From positions 33,852,001 to 33,916,000 of the forward strand of contig NC_086098.1 in assembly GCF_963921235.1 (NCBI RefSeq): a stretch of DNA of 64,000 nucleotides, read 5' to 3'. This DNA comes from Mobula hypostoma. Lineage: Eukaryota. Below, in pieces: positions 1 through 12,644 of the stretch. The notes under the pieces were generated by a model. It was not told where the DNA came from, did not search any database, and saw only the letters and a list, made by a program, of their open reading frames with translations. Position 1 is the stretch's first letter; the number at the start of each line of letters is the position of its first letter. Made by a program: the position numbers and the translations under genes.

Positions 1-308
1 TTTTGTATACTTACTCAATAAAAAGATTTAAAAAGAAAGAACAATAATGAATTCATATGATCACAGTCATTCTGGTTTTGTGTCCTACATTTGCAACAAT
101 GAGTTGTTTTCTCTCTGCTGTTTTAGTAATTTCAGACTTCAGTAGTCTCCTCTTAAACATGTTTTCTCCACATAGTATGGAAGTCATGAAGCTGTTATCA
201 CCTGTTTGAGGTATTTTCTGAAAATCCTTTCTAATGCTGAAAGTCTCTTGGAATTCACTGAGGGAATTCAAAGATGTGGCAGTTCTCAATTCTAATGCTG
301 CACAATCC

Positions 309-1530
309 AAAGGTTCAAAAGTTCATTTTATTGTCAAAGTATGCAATTCTGATAGTCATCTTCTCAAGCTAGCTATGAAATACAGAAAAACCATGGGAGT
401 AGTTGAAAGGAGAGATATCAAGCTCCCTCCCCGCCCCCGCAGAAAAAGAAACGAAGACTTGCTAACCCCGAACCCCTTAACCCCTACCTTGCACAAGAAA
501 TAACAGTTCGCCCACCCAGAAAGCGGCAGCTAGACCATCAAAAGCCCCAAAGCTCCCAAACCCTTCTCCCGCAAATAAAGAACAGCGACAATAGCATCAA
601 ACCCCAATCCCCTCTCACGCACACAATAATCTAACAGATCGCCCACATAGAAAAACATCGACAAAAACATTAGACCCCAAATATCCAACCCATCCCTCAC
701 CTGCTTGGAACCCCATACCTCAAACCTTCAATCGGTAACAAGAAAGAAAACACAGAAAACTGAAGGAGACCAGTATAAACTACGGTCCAATAGAAACATA
801 GAAAACCTTCAGCACCATACAGGCCCTTCAGCCCACAAAGTTGTGCTGAACATGTCCCTTCCTTAGAATTTACTAAGCTTACCAATAGCCCTCTATTTTT
901 CTAAGCTCCATGTATCTATCCAAAAGTCTCTTAAAAAGACACTATCGTATCTGCCTCCGCCACCGTTGCCGGCAGCCCATTCCACACATTCACCACTCTC
1001 TGAGTCAAAAACTTACCCCTGACATCTCCTCTGTACCTACTCCCCAGCACCTTAAACTTGTGTCCTCTTGTAGCAACCATTTCAGCCCTGGGCTCATCAT
1101 CTTATATACCTCTACCAGGTCACCTCTCATCCTCCGTCGCTCCAAGGAGAAAAGGCCGACATCACATAAATCTTAGAATTTTGAAAACATCTCTCATGCA
1201 GCATCGAGGAGAGCTACTGCTCGTAAACAGTCCTTCTGTCGAGAGTGACCAGCGATCCCATGGGCTTGACGACTGCTGATCCTGAGACCTTGTTGACCCT
1301 TCTCATCAGCAACGAGGAAAGCTACCACTCAAACTCAGTCTTTCATGGAGAACAACGCTGACCTCCTCCGCATTCACCTCAGTGCTTCAATCTTCCTTGA
1401 CTCTTCGAAATGGAGCGGATCGTGGCCCTGCATCCTGTCTCTGGTCTTTTCCACAAGGCTTCTCATGTTCGTGGTCCCCTCCTGGAATCCTCTCGAGGAC
1501 AGCAGAGCACTGGATCATTTGATCATACGC
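309..1530 (-). mobile_element. Non-coding retroelement (LINE 3' UTR or non-autonomous element) with internal degenerate repeats, interrupted by a CR1 fragment
   Basis: starts with aaaggttcaaaagttcattttattgtc, like the reversed tails at 5587, 8126, 14511 and 38677; internal repeat aacag(t/a)tcgcccac; right boundary approximate. Confidence 0.45.
793..1160 (-). mobile_element. CR1-type LINE 3' fragment
   Basis: reversed (tttctatg)n tail acatagaaa followed by CR1 3' UTR and ORF2-end sequence. Confidence 0.75.
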
Positions 1531-2193
1531 AAAACTGTGCGTCAATGTCTCTAATATTTTCCAAAACACAAACAGGACAAAAAAAGCAGATGTAGAAAAG
1601 GTGAAATAATTAAAATGATTGGCTATCTGAAAGATGTCACCCAAGGAATTGTTGTTCGTTTGCGTTATCTTGACCAGAGGTTCAGTTTATCCATTGCAAG
1701 CCACCTGTACCCAATCAGTCCTGGAGGAGGAACAACACTGATTTTAGTTTGCTTGACAAAGGGTGGACAATTAAGTAGGATATTTTAATAGACTGGAAAT
1801 AAGTTTGAATCTTTCTAAATGTAAGAAACATTTGTATTTTTCGACAGTTGATGAAACCAGGTGCTTGCCTTAACCAGCTCTCAAGATTTTTTCTGCCACT
1901 GCATTTTTGTAGACAAAGCTTTTTCTGAGCTCTCACATAATAGCATAGAAGGACCTGTAGTGAGGCAATCTTGAGAATGAGAAGTTGATGCCAAGGTGTC
2001 CTCACAAAGTCAATGTGAGTTTTCCCTCGTATATCAGCTGCCAACATGGGCTGCTCAGCAGAAAAAAAACAAGGTCCAGGCCATTATTGTGGTTTACACA
2101 GTGAAAGTGGGAAATTAAAGTTAACAAGTAGATATTTAATGTAACATTTTATTGTGAAGAAACACACTCACATTTATTTCTCTTTATTTACAG

Positions 2194-2287
2194 AAAAAAT
2201 TACGACGATTGCTAAGGTATATGAGTTTCCGGGATTTCAAATCCAAAATCATTAAGGGTGTTGAAGATGAAGATATTATTGAAGCAG
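2194..2287 (+). CDS. SUPT3H: SUPT3H internal coding exon ([31 protein letters not shown]), phase 0 to 1
   Basis: tttatttacAG acceptor and AG|GTATTT donor; translation matches the vertebrate SUPT3H segment [22 protein letters not shown] as recalled. Confidence 0.95.
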
Positions 2288-3496
2288 GTATTTAAAAAAA
2301 AAAGTTATAAGTGGATTAAGTACATTCTTCATTTCAACGTTTCGAAGGCTCTATAAGACCATAAGATATAGGAGTAGGCTATTAGGCCCATCAAGTGTGC
2401 TCCGCCATTCAGTCACGGGCCGATCCAGTTCTTCCAGTCATTCCTGTAGAGTTAGTGTGCATATAAAACTATTGACTAGCTTTGATAAACTACTGTAGAA
2501 GTTGCAGAAACCTAACTGAGGAGCCCATGCTGTAAAGCTGGCAGATAAGCTCTGACCTATCAGCTTGTGAGTCGAAGTTTGGGACTCCTAAGCACAGGTT
2601 GAATTGTATTTATATATGTATTTAAATTTGTAAATGTTATTTTAATATTTTTACTCTTTAGTTAATAGATGAGTGTTTTTGAGTGTTTCTGAATGTTAAA
2701 GACACTTAAATCCCAGTGGCATCTACAATAACCAGTGAACGTTGGGTCTTGGTGTCACTAGATGTTTAAGCCTTTTTTTGGGAGTTCAATCTGGCTACAT
2801 ATTTAGAGATACTTTACTGGACTGAGCCTCATTGATCGGCTCAGTGGCAGTATTCCAGTGCTCAGGACCCTACTAGAAAATAAGCATGGCTGGGTCAGAA
2901 ACTGGTGAGCTTAAGTGATTCACTGGTCAGTTGAAGGAACTACTCACGTGATCCACCATGGAGAAAAGAGAATGAATTAAGTTTTCTGGAAGATTCCATC
3001 CAAAGGTAGACCTCAATATCATTCTTTTATTTACAAGGTGTAGGTATTTATCTAATTAATCATATATCTTTTGTTTCAGATCTGCACACAATTAGACTTA
3101 TGTGCCTGATATTAACCTGGGGTAATCATAACCAGAATTAAAAGTATACATTTCAGACTTGAGCCACAGGAATTTACAAAGGAGTCATTGTCAGTTATAC
3201 CACACACATGGGTTTATGGGTCTCTTGTGCTCCGTTGAAGTGATTCTTCAGTGATACTATGAGTGCCTCAACTTTTCTCCTCCACCCCCACTCCTTTATT
3301 AACCCATTTGTAGATGGTTAACTCTACTTGACTGCTCTAAAGCCCCTGTTCTTGGCAGCTGAATGTAGTTTTTATTAGTGGCCACCTCATTGCCTTTCTA
3401 TTGTAGTTTTCCATTCATCCTCTTCTATATCTATTTTGCTCTAATGTGAACAGTGAAATTGTTCTGAAGCACTGAAATCTAATGTGAAAAAAACAC

Positions 3497-4662
3497 CTTT
3501 GACAAGGTTTCACACGGAAGGTTAGTTAGGAAGGTTCAATCGTTAGGTATTAATATTGAAGTAGTAAAATGGATTCAACAGTGGCTGGATGGGAGATGCC
3601 AGAGAGTAGTGGTGGATAATTGTTTGTCAGGTTGGAGGCCGGTGACTAGTGGTGTGCCTAAGGGATCTGTACTGGGTCCAATATTGTTTGTCATATACAT
3701 TAATGATCTGGATAATGGGGTGGGAAATTGGATTAGTAAGTATGCAGATGATACTAAGATAGGTGGCGTTGTGGATAATGAAGTAGGTTTTCAAAGCTTG
3801 CAGAGAGATTTAGGCCCATTAGAGGAGAGGGCTGAAATATGGCAGATGGAGTTTAATGCTGTTAAGTGTGAGGAGCTACATTTTGTTAGGACTAATGAAA
3901 ATAGGACATACATGGTAAATGGTAGGGCATTGAAGAATGCTGTAGAACAGAGGGATCTAGGAATAATGGTGCATAGTTCCCTGAAGGTGGAATCTCATGT
4001 GGATAGGGTGGTGAAGAAAGCTTTTGTTATACTGGCCTTTATAAATCAGAGCATTGAGTATAGGAGTTGGGATGTAATGTTAAAATTGTACAAGGCATTG
4101 GTGAGGCCAAATTTGGAATATTGTGTGCAGTTTTGATCACCGAATTATAGGAAAGATGTCAACAAAATAGAGAGAGTACAGAGGAGATTTACTAGAATGT
4201 TACCTGGGTTTCAGTACCTAAGTTACAGAGGAAGGTTGAACAGGTTAGGTCTTTATTCTTTGGAGCGTAGAAGGTTGAGGGGGGGGCTTGATAGAGGTAT
4301 TTAAAATTATGAGGGGGATAGATAGAGTTGACGTGGATAGGCTTTTTCCATTGAGAGTAGGGGAGATTCAAACAAGAGGACAGGAGTTGAGAGTTAAGGG
4401 GAAAAAGTTTAGGGGTAACACGAGGGGGAACTTCTTTACTCAGAGAGTGGTAGCTGTGTGGAACGAGCTTCCAGTAGAAGTGGTAGAGGCAGGTTTGATT
4501 TTTGTCATTTAAAAAAAAATTGGATAGGTACATGGACAGGAAAGGAATGGAGGGTTATGGGCTGAGTGCAGGTAGATGGGACTAGGTGAGAGTAAGCGTC
4601 TGGCACAAACTAGAAGGGCTGAGATGGCCTGTTTCCGTGCTGTAATTGTTATATGGTTATAT
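3497..4662 (+). mobile_element. 5'-truncated CR1-type LINE (RT domain to 3' tail)
   Basis: ORFs 3609-4136 (VTSGVPKGSVLGP, KYADDTK, RPNLEYCVQF) and 4288-4512 (FFTQRVV.VWN.LP); tail gttatatggttatatg. Confidence 0.9.
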
Positions 4663-5586
4663 GTATAGATCTAGAGATCCTTGTTTGTCACCCTTGTCTT
4701 GTGATCCTTAATGAAAAGAATCACAATGTGAATCTATTTACCATGTTCTGTGTCCAGTGAATCTTTGAAAATCACTTCTGGTGCTTTGTAAATATCTTGT
4801 ACCGTCTTTTTCAGTACTCTAGGATTTTAGGGAAAAAGGTCTCTCCTTGTGTATTTATTAAACAAATGAGGATTCTTATACTGAAGTCATTTGTTCTTCT
4901 TAATTTAGAGAAGTTTGGCACATCTTAATTTGTAAAGTCATATTCATGCATCTGGCCTGAACAATTGGAAGGAGCAGTTCAAATTTGCGACTGTTTCGTT
5001 CTTATTCTTAGATTCAAGCTGTTTATATCCTTTCTTTTTTCACTCTGACCTGCTAGTTGCTCTGGTAATGAAAAATTTGTTGTCACATTTCACTGTTGTT
5101 CTGTGTCGGCTGCAAAGCGGCTCACCACCATGATCTGCCACCCTCTCTTTTTATGGAATACTTGGGGTTTATTGTGTATTTATCCTAATAAACTCTTGTT
5201 TCCTACAGGACTTGATGTGCAGACTTTAATCAGATGTTGACTGAGAATGTTTGGTAAAACATTTATAATACATATCCTACAATATGGCTTCAAAAGCTTT
5301 CTACTGAGGTGTTGAGAAATCTCTATTTTATTTGCCTAAGTATTTCTTCAGTTCTGTCTCTATTTTGGTTTTATTCTCATTAAGTGAAATGATGAACTAT
5401 TGCTCTTGGATAATCTTGATTCCCAATCTTTCTCTCCCTCTCTGCATTTTGCTAATACTTTGTTAATTCCCCATCCCACTGAGACACGAGATTCCTTTCT
5501 CACTGTGATTAGGAATTAGAGGCAGCAATGATTAGGAGCGAGAAAGGAAAATCTGTGATTGAACAAACTTCAAACAGCAACCGTCA

Positions 5587-5945
5587 AAGTTCAAAGTAAA
5601 TTTTAGTATCAGAATATATATATAGGGACAGGTGAGTGTAGTTATCCCCTTTTGTGACATATAGTAACTATAACAGGATTAATAAAAGATCAACAAGAGT
5701 GCAAAAGACAACGCACTGTGTAAATGCAAATATAAATAAATAGCAATAAATAATGAGAACATGAGATAACAAGATAAAGAGTCCTTAAAATGAGATCATT
5801 TGTTGTGGGAACATCTCAATGAATGGGCAGTTGAGTGTAGCTATCACCTTTTGTTCAGGAGCCTGATGGTTAAGGGGTAGTAACTGCTTTTGAACCTGGT
5901 GTGCGAGTCCTGAGGCCCTTGTACCATCTACCTGATTGCAGCAAC
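5587..5945 (-). mobile_element. Rex-Babar-like LINE 3' fragment
   Basis: similar to the 3' end of the element at 38677-40121 (aaagttcaaagtaaattt...cctgatggtt...cctgatggcagc). Confidence 0.65.
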
Positions 5946-6839
5946 AAGAGATACTTTAGGATTTGAAGAGCACTTGTTCATTCCGGCTCAATATTTAGTT
6001 GAGTAATTTACGTTTTTAGTGGTGGCCTCCATCAGACTCTTCAGTGGCTGTCTTTAAACCATGTGTTCACCATATTTTGCTGAACACAGCTGCTCAGCAT
6101 CAGTTGTGTTTAGGACAGGACAGTTTTGTATTAAGGGGTTTCCATTTGGTAGTAATGTCTTTATCTTCATTTGAAAGAGGCTCAACAATTTTGGAGGTGC
6201 ACGCAACAAACACCTCTTTTCTTGCTATCATTGGAAGCAGCAAGCATACTGCCTGGTGGAGTGTGGGTATGTTTTGTCTTTGAAAATTGTCCATATCAGC
6301 ACAAATTTTATGTGTTGATAGTTGCTTCTAAAAATATAAAAATAGTTCCCTTAATTTAAAACAGTTTGTTTCTGAAATATTGTGCATGTAGATGAATATG
6401 AGCTTTTCTCTGAATGTACTCCAACCTGTGAGTGCCCTATTCCACCACAGTACTGTATGTTGAAAGTGTTTTTAAAAAATTCTTCCTCTCTTTGGGCCTT
6501 CAATCCATCATCTTGAGTATAAAATATAATCAAAATAAAAGTTATTTTAAATTTAGGAGGAATTGGTTTTCAGTGCTGATGAAAGATACAAATAGTACTG
6601 AATAGTTGTATTGCTTTAAATTCTTTCTCCTCCCTTTGGTAATTGAAAATTTTGCTGTGCTGTAGTCTGTCTTTACTGATCTTTGTTTTAAAAAATGAGG
6701 GGGAATGCATTAAAAATATATTCTTCATTTACAGAAGTCTGTAGCAGGTGAAAGTAAGTCTCAGGCTCATCTGTGCTGCAGATGTTCAGGAATTTACATT
6801 AGTAATTTTTCTTCCTTCCTTTTATTCGCCCACACATAG

Positions 6840-6973
6840 ACAAATCCAGCAGCAGTATAAACAAGCGCCAGAAACTTTACCAAGAATTCCTCAGTTCTAT
6901 TGACCAAACAGGGGAGCTGCTGGGCTTGCTTGAGGAGGATGATGCTGATGAAGTCAAACAGGAGCGACTGGAG
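6840..6973 (+). CDS. SUPT3H: SUPT3H internal coding exon ([45 protein letters not shown]), phase 1 to 0
   Basis: polypyrimidine tract plus cacatAG, GAG|GTAGGT donor; conserved NKRQK and SIDQTGELL...DEVKQER motifs; in frame with the previous exon. Confidence 0.95.
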
Positions 6974-8125
6974 GTAGGTGGAGCAAAGGGATTAACCTTG
7001 CCAGAGTTAGTCTGTTCACATTGATAAATTCTGATGTTTTGAAATGTATCAACATCTGTTTTTCTGACATTTTATTTGAGTGGAATGAGCACATTACCAA
7101 TTGAACTAAGCATGTGTTTTCCCTGGTGTCTTGATTCCACACTTCATTTAAAAAAACATGTAATAATGTTTTTTATATTTTACTGTGAGTTTGCCAGTGG
7201 ATTTGTACTTAACTGAATGCTTTCTGAAGTTAAAGCTATGTTCACAGAAGAAATTGTTTCGTTGGCATCCAAGGGTCACGCTGCTGGATGACCCCTGGAT
7301 GCTGGGAAAATAAATATTCAAATATGTTTCTTATATATATATGGCTTTGAAAGTGCGATTTTCCCAGCTTAGCTACTGGTCATTATTTAAAATTTCATTG
7401 ATTTGCAGTGAAAGGAGTTCTTTCAATAGCAGTGCTCTTCAATCAGTTTCATGTCTGTAGATGTGTCCTGAGAGTATTGGCAACTATGGCTGCAATAATG
7501 TTAGTTTGTTCAATTAGCTGGAATCAAAAGCTCCTCTGTAATGTGCTTGGATTCTGATTTCTTTGGTGAATAAATTATGTTGGTGTATTGTCCATTCCCA
7601 TACTGCAGGCTGCATCAGACGATTCAGTTCTTATTGTCCACGTGCACAATTATCTTACTACGTTCATGTGGAGGTTTATATCAGTATGAGAGCACAATGT
7701 CAGAACGGATGAAGAGACCTGTAGTTGTCAAATGGATTAAAATCTGCACGGTTGGATGTATTTAATTCATTCTAATTTGTTACATACCCTTAAAGATCTA
7801 TCGCCTACAAATGTGTCCTTCATCCCCAATGCCAATGAATATATTCTGCTCTTTGAAAGCTTCTCTTACAATATTTTCTACCATTGGTAAAGAGTTGAGC
7901 AAGAATTGACTTGGAGGGTATCTTCTCTGAATTATGAAGTCACAATAATGGCTTGGAAATTTAATTGGTGATTGATTAACTTCTCAGAAAACTTTCGCCA
8001 GTTTATTATTGCTGAATGATTCACATTTGCACGTCTGTAAGAATCCATGTGTTTAAGAGATATCAGCCAGGTTCAGAGCTGAAGTGAGTGCTGGTGGCCA
8101 CAGGCTGCAGCTGCAGAGTCAGCAC

Positions 8126-8540
8126 AAAGGTTTCAAAGGTACATTTAATGTCAGAGAAATGTATACAATATACATCCTGAAATGCTTTTTCTTCGCAACC
8201 ATCCACAAAAGCAGAGGATTGCCCCAAAGAATGAACGACAGTTAAATGTTAGAACCCCAAAGTCACCCCCAGCTTCCCTCCCTCCCACGCGTGAGCGGCA
8301 GCAAGCAACAAACCCCCCTCCCCCCACCGGCAAGATAAGCATCGCACCTGCCACCGAGCACTTAAGCGTGAGCAAAGCAACAGCAAAGACACAGACTTGC
8401 AGTTACCCCAAAGACTTTGCATTTCATCCAATATTCGCCATACCACAGGCTCTCTCTCTCCCCCTAATAAAGGAGAAAGAGGTGCCTCCATTTTCACGGA
8501 GGCAAGTAATTCCTCCCACAGTATTGAGCTGAACACTGAT
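8126..8540 (-). mobile_element. Non-coding retroelement sharing the Rex-Babar-type tail
   Basis: aaaggtttcaaaggtacatttaatgtc start and GC-rich body; boundaries approximate. Confidence 0.45.
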
Positions 8541-9724
8541 TTGTCATCTGTTCTTGGCCTCGATGCTTTTAATCTGGCTCAGCGCGTTAATTGGCCAAAC
8601 GTCTGTTCATTATTTGCTCTCTCTGGAGTCCAGTTCACCGAATATTTCAGGATACCACGAAGACACCAGGTCATACCGACAGTTCAAAAGGACAGCTCCA
8701 AGCAGGAAATTACAAGATGCAGGTTGTAGTGGATGTAGTCCTACAAAAGTGTATTTCATTAAATTGTTAGTAGTTTTGTTTGCTGCTTGCAAAGCGTTGC
8801 CATCCTCACCGGATCTTATTACAGTCTTAGTCCAAAAATGGACAAATGTGCTGCTCAGAGGTGAAGGGAGTAACCCTCTTTGACATCAAGGCAGCATTTG
8901 ATCAAGTATAGCATCAAGAGCAAGGGCTACACCTGAGTCAATGGGAATTGGGGAAACCCTCTGCTGGTTGAAATCATACCCAGCATAAAGGAAGATGTTT
9001 GTGATGATTTTGAAGTCAACCATCAGGGTATGTCTGCAGGAATTCCTCAGGGTAGTGTCCTAGATGGAGCCTTCTTCAGTTGCTTCATTAGTGACCTTCC
9101 TTCAATCATAGGGTCAAAACAAGAACATTTCTTGATGATAGCAATGTTCAACAGTGTTCATGCCTCCTCAGATAATGAAGCAGTTCACACCCACACGCAG
9201 CAGTATCTGAATGATATCCAGACCTAGGCTGGAGATAACAGGAGCATTCAAACCACAGTGTCAGGCAATGCAAGATCCAACAGAGAAAATCTAGCTAGCA
9301 TCTCTTGTTATTTAATGGCATTACCATCACTGAATCCCTCATTATCAATATCCTGGGGGTTACCATCGACCAGAAACTGAACTCAAGTAACCATATTATC
9401 CAGGTCAAAGGCTAAGAATCCTGCAGTGAGTAACCAACTTCCTAACGCCCCTAAGTCTGGATGAGGTCAAGAACCTTAACACCAATCTATCACAGCAGCC
9501 CACTTGATAGGCACCCTGTCCGTAATCATTCTCTCACTCCACCACTGACACACAGTGGCAGCAGTTTGTACCATCTACAATATGAACTGCAGCATCTCAA
9601 CAATCCTTCTAAGCACATGACATCTACCAGCAAGAGGGTCAAGGGCAGCAAAAGCATAGAAATATCAACACCTGGAAGTTGCCTTCCTAGCCACATGCTG
9701 TCCTGATGTGGAAGAATATCACCG

Positions 9725-9982
9725 TTGAATTCTGTTGGCTCTTAGGGGTTTGTAGACACCATCTCTGCACTGCTAAGAGCCAAAGAAATGCGAACCAATA
9801 GAATTCAAAGGTCAACGGAAGAGGTAGCCAATCAGGAAGCCAATGAAGCAAGCAAACAGGGGACTATATAAACGTGAGCACTTCCAGAGAGAAACACCAA
9901 CAACTGTGCACTGAAGATGTCATCTCAATTGGTGATGAAATATCTGCAACTTAATTGCCAAGCTTGGTGAACACCACAGCAA
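9725..9982 (+). mobile_element. Penelope-like terminal-repeat (pLTR) insertion with 5' inversion, CCAAT/TATA motifs and a hammerhead motif
   Basis: 9725-9745 is an inverted copy of internal 9773-9808; three CCAAT, TATATAAA, CTGAAGA...GAAA core; flanked by aatatcacc / aatattacc. Confidence 0.7.
9907..9948 (+). ncRNA. Minimal type I hammerhead ribozyme motif
   Basis: TGCA-CTGAAGA-T-GTCATC-tcaatt-GGTGAT-GAAA-TATC-TGCA: stem I TGCA/TGCA, stem II 6 bp with two GU pairs, palindromic ATAT, AUC cleavage triplet. Confidence 0.6.
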
Positions 9983-10062
9983 CAAATATTACCATCCCTT
10001 CACCATCTCTGAGTCAAAGTGATGAAACTTAACAGCATTGTGATATATACCCACACCTTAGA

Positions 10063-10625
10063 ACAGGGTTACTCAACTGGTGTTCCGCGGAACCCTAGGT
10101 TTCCACAAGATATGGTGATTTTAAAAAATAAATATCGTTTTTCAAACCTCATACGTTGTGTGATGCTAGTGTTTGCAGTGGTGGCAGTGACTGAGCAACT
10201 CCATTAGCAATCTCTTTAGAGGTCTTTCAGCCCAGTATGGCAGTGCGTAGTAGGACCATGTTTATTTGTGTGAGTTCGTTCTCAGCTTTTGACATGAGAT
10301 AGGATAGGCAGTTAATAATTGGTGAGCGCTGTATTGCACGGAGGGGAGGACAGTAGGCTGATGAGGAGCGTGAAATGCATTTTCTGAGCATTGAATGAAC
10401 TCGCCTACCTGGGGCTGTCACATGAGCCCCTCCCTCCTGAATTACCTCCCACAATATCCCCTTGCGTGCCGCTGACTGGCTTAGGAGCAAACAAACTTTA
10501 CTGGTGTAGAAAAAAATTGCTGGGAAATTTTCATTCTGAAGAAGTAATTTCTATGCGCCGTGGCGCAGCTGCTGGCCTACCGCTTTGCTGTTGTAAATGT
10601 TGCAAAATTCTTTGAGGATGTAACA
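10063..10625. mobile_element. hAT-like DNA transposon remnant
   Basis: begins cagggttactcaac...gttccgcggaacccta, a hAT-like terminus; interrupts the host LINE tail; second TIR not found. Confidence 0.4.
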
Positions 10626-11881
10626 AAACACACTGAAGTTCTTTGAGAATGTAACCTCCTTCTCGAGGACAAATAGAATGGGCAAGAACATACGGGGTAG
10701 CCTATGATGCTCGCATTCCATGAATAAATAGTTTTATGAACAAACTGAAACCAACTTAGACTTGGTTCATTTTATTCTTGCACTTCTTGAAGGATTCATG
10801 TGCACCACATCCAATCACTTGTTAACACACTTACCTTTCCTTTGCAAGAAAATGTAATACAGCAAACTGGTAGAAGACCCTACCATGCCAAGAAGCAGCT
10901 TGTTTTGAAACAAACTTGAGCTTGATTGCCATAATGGATGTAACAATCAAGAGGATCCAGGAGAATTGGAGACAATGAAACACTCAGTTTGATTCTGTTC
11001 CACATACACAACAAGCACATGTTGCATATAAATGTGCCTCTTCATCTGTCCTTTCCCATGACCATGCATATGCCTTTCCTATTTCAAACGACCCAGGAAT
11101 ACCAGCTGACCAGGGCACAACTGATGAGCCTGTAGAATCAAAAGGGTGACCATGTCTCTGTAGCTCACACCCTCGTCCATCATCCCAATAATGGTAATTA
11201 TATACAGCAGAGGGGGAGTATTTAGAGGTGTTTCTGTGCATGGCATTCACCAGGCAGAAGTGGATTGCTGAAGAGAGGATTAAGTTCATGATCCCAGTTC
11301 TCAGAGGTTGAAGTCATTTACCAGTTTGGCTGTCGGCTCGAATAAGGAGCACAGTGAGATAACCTCCAGAGGAAGGCTTGATAAGGATACAGGGACAGCA
11401 CTGAAGAGATTCTTCAGCCCATTCAGTTCGCGCTACCATTTACACTAATTAATCGACTTTGTTAAGTGCTTCCACATTCTCATCAGTTCTCTCAGATTGT
11501 CTCCACTCCCTTTTACATGAGGGGTAATTTACAGTCACCAGTTAACCTACATGCCCATACATTTTAACGATCTGTAATCTGTCAAACTACTAGTTTGGCT
11601 GTAAGGGGACTGCTGCGTGGAGCAGTACAGCTGCAAAGACACCTGGAACATTTGCACCACTGGAATTCATAAGTGTGATCTTAGATGTTCCTTTAGTACT
11701 TCATGTTGGCTAGAAATAACACGTGCTTGGTTCTTGCTTTAATGATTAGAGTACAGAGCAACAGTTTACTTGCACAGTGAATAATCGGTCCTGTCCTGGA
11801 CCCAGCACTTAGATACAATCATAAGAAGAGCACAAAAGCATCTTTACTTTCTAAAGAAGACTGGCTTGTTACCAAACACTT

Positions 11882-11882
<1 letters not shown>

Positions 11883-11908
<26 letters not shown>
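11883..11908 (+). repeat. (GT)13 microsatellite
   Basis: direct reading of the sequence. Confidence 0.95.
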
Positions 11909-11915
<7 letters not shown>

Positions 11916-11989
11916 ATCTCTTCCACAGATGCATTCTTGAAAGTATATTGACTGGTTGAATCATGGTTTGGTAGGGTAATTTAAATACA

Positions 11990-12400
11990 TAGAGTTGTAA
12001 CAAGCTGCAGAGAGTGATACATTGCCCTATACATCATGGGCACGTCCCTCCCCACCATTGGCACTGCCTCAAGAAAGCAGCATGTGTCATTAAAGATCCA
12101 GCCATGCCATCTTTTTGCAGCTGCCATCCGGCTACTACCCTCCAACCATGTGGTTCTTAAACCAATCAGAAAATAAAATCTTAATTACTGTAGTTTAGCA
12201 ACACTGTGAACACTTCCCACTCAAATGTTCATTTTCTAATTGTGTTCTTTCTTGTAAAAATTGTGTATAATTTATATTTCATTTATGCTTTTATTGTGAA
12301 TGCTGCTTGTATGATGCTCTGTGCCTGTGATGCTGCTGCAAGTGAGTTTTTCCATCCATTCGTGCATACATGCATATGGCAGTAAACTCGACTTTGATCC
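11990..12400 (+). mobile_element. Rex-Babar-like LINE 3' fragment
   Basis: aagctgcagagagtg...ctgcctcaagaaagcagca...taaagatcc; resembles the reverse complement of 38980-39255. Confidence 0.6.
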
Positions 12401-12644
12401 AGTGCCCGGGATTATCAACTCAGAAACATAAATTCAAATCCCACTGTGGATTTTAAATCCAGTTTAATAATGTAACTTAATAAAATAATCATTAGTAATG
12501 ATGACTGGAAAACTGCTGGATTGTTATAAACCCATCTGGTTCACCGAAGTCCTTCAGGAGAGGAAATTTATCATCTATGACCAGCCCAGCCTAAATGGAT
12601 TGCTGGAGCCAGCCAATGTGGTTGACTCTTAAATGCCCAATGAA

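Larger units (their letters stand above)
8800..10732 (+). mobile_element. Old CR1/L2-group LINE (RT to 3' tail) interrupted by Penelope and hAT-like insertions
   Basis: ORF 9030-9227 SAGIPQGSVL...FSCFISDLPS; ILGVTIDQKLN at about 9350; tail atgggcaa...catgaataaa at 10678-10730. Confidence 0.75.

Noticed and set aside
440-700. Spaced repeats (aacag.tcgcccac, accccaa) superficially resembling an array
   Set aside because: Degenerate internal repeats of a retroelement; no constant repeat-spacer periodicity, and the context is eukaryotic, so not CRISPR
3080-3121. AG...GT-bounded cryptic exon candidate; similar ones at about 5209-5253 and from 56494
   Set aside because: Contain stops in the expected frame, show no SUPT3H similarity, and such motifs are common in long introns
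10760-11340. Minus-strand Cys-rich ORF (CACCVCG) with faint resemblance to a piggyBac C-terminus
   Set aside because: Similarity too weak by eye; no TIR or TTAA boundaries identified; would need tBLASTn
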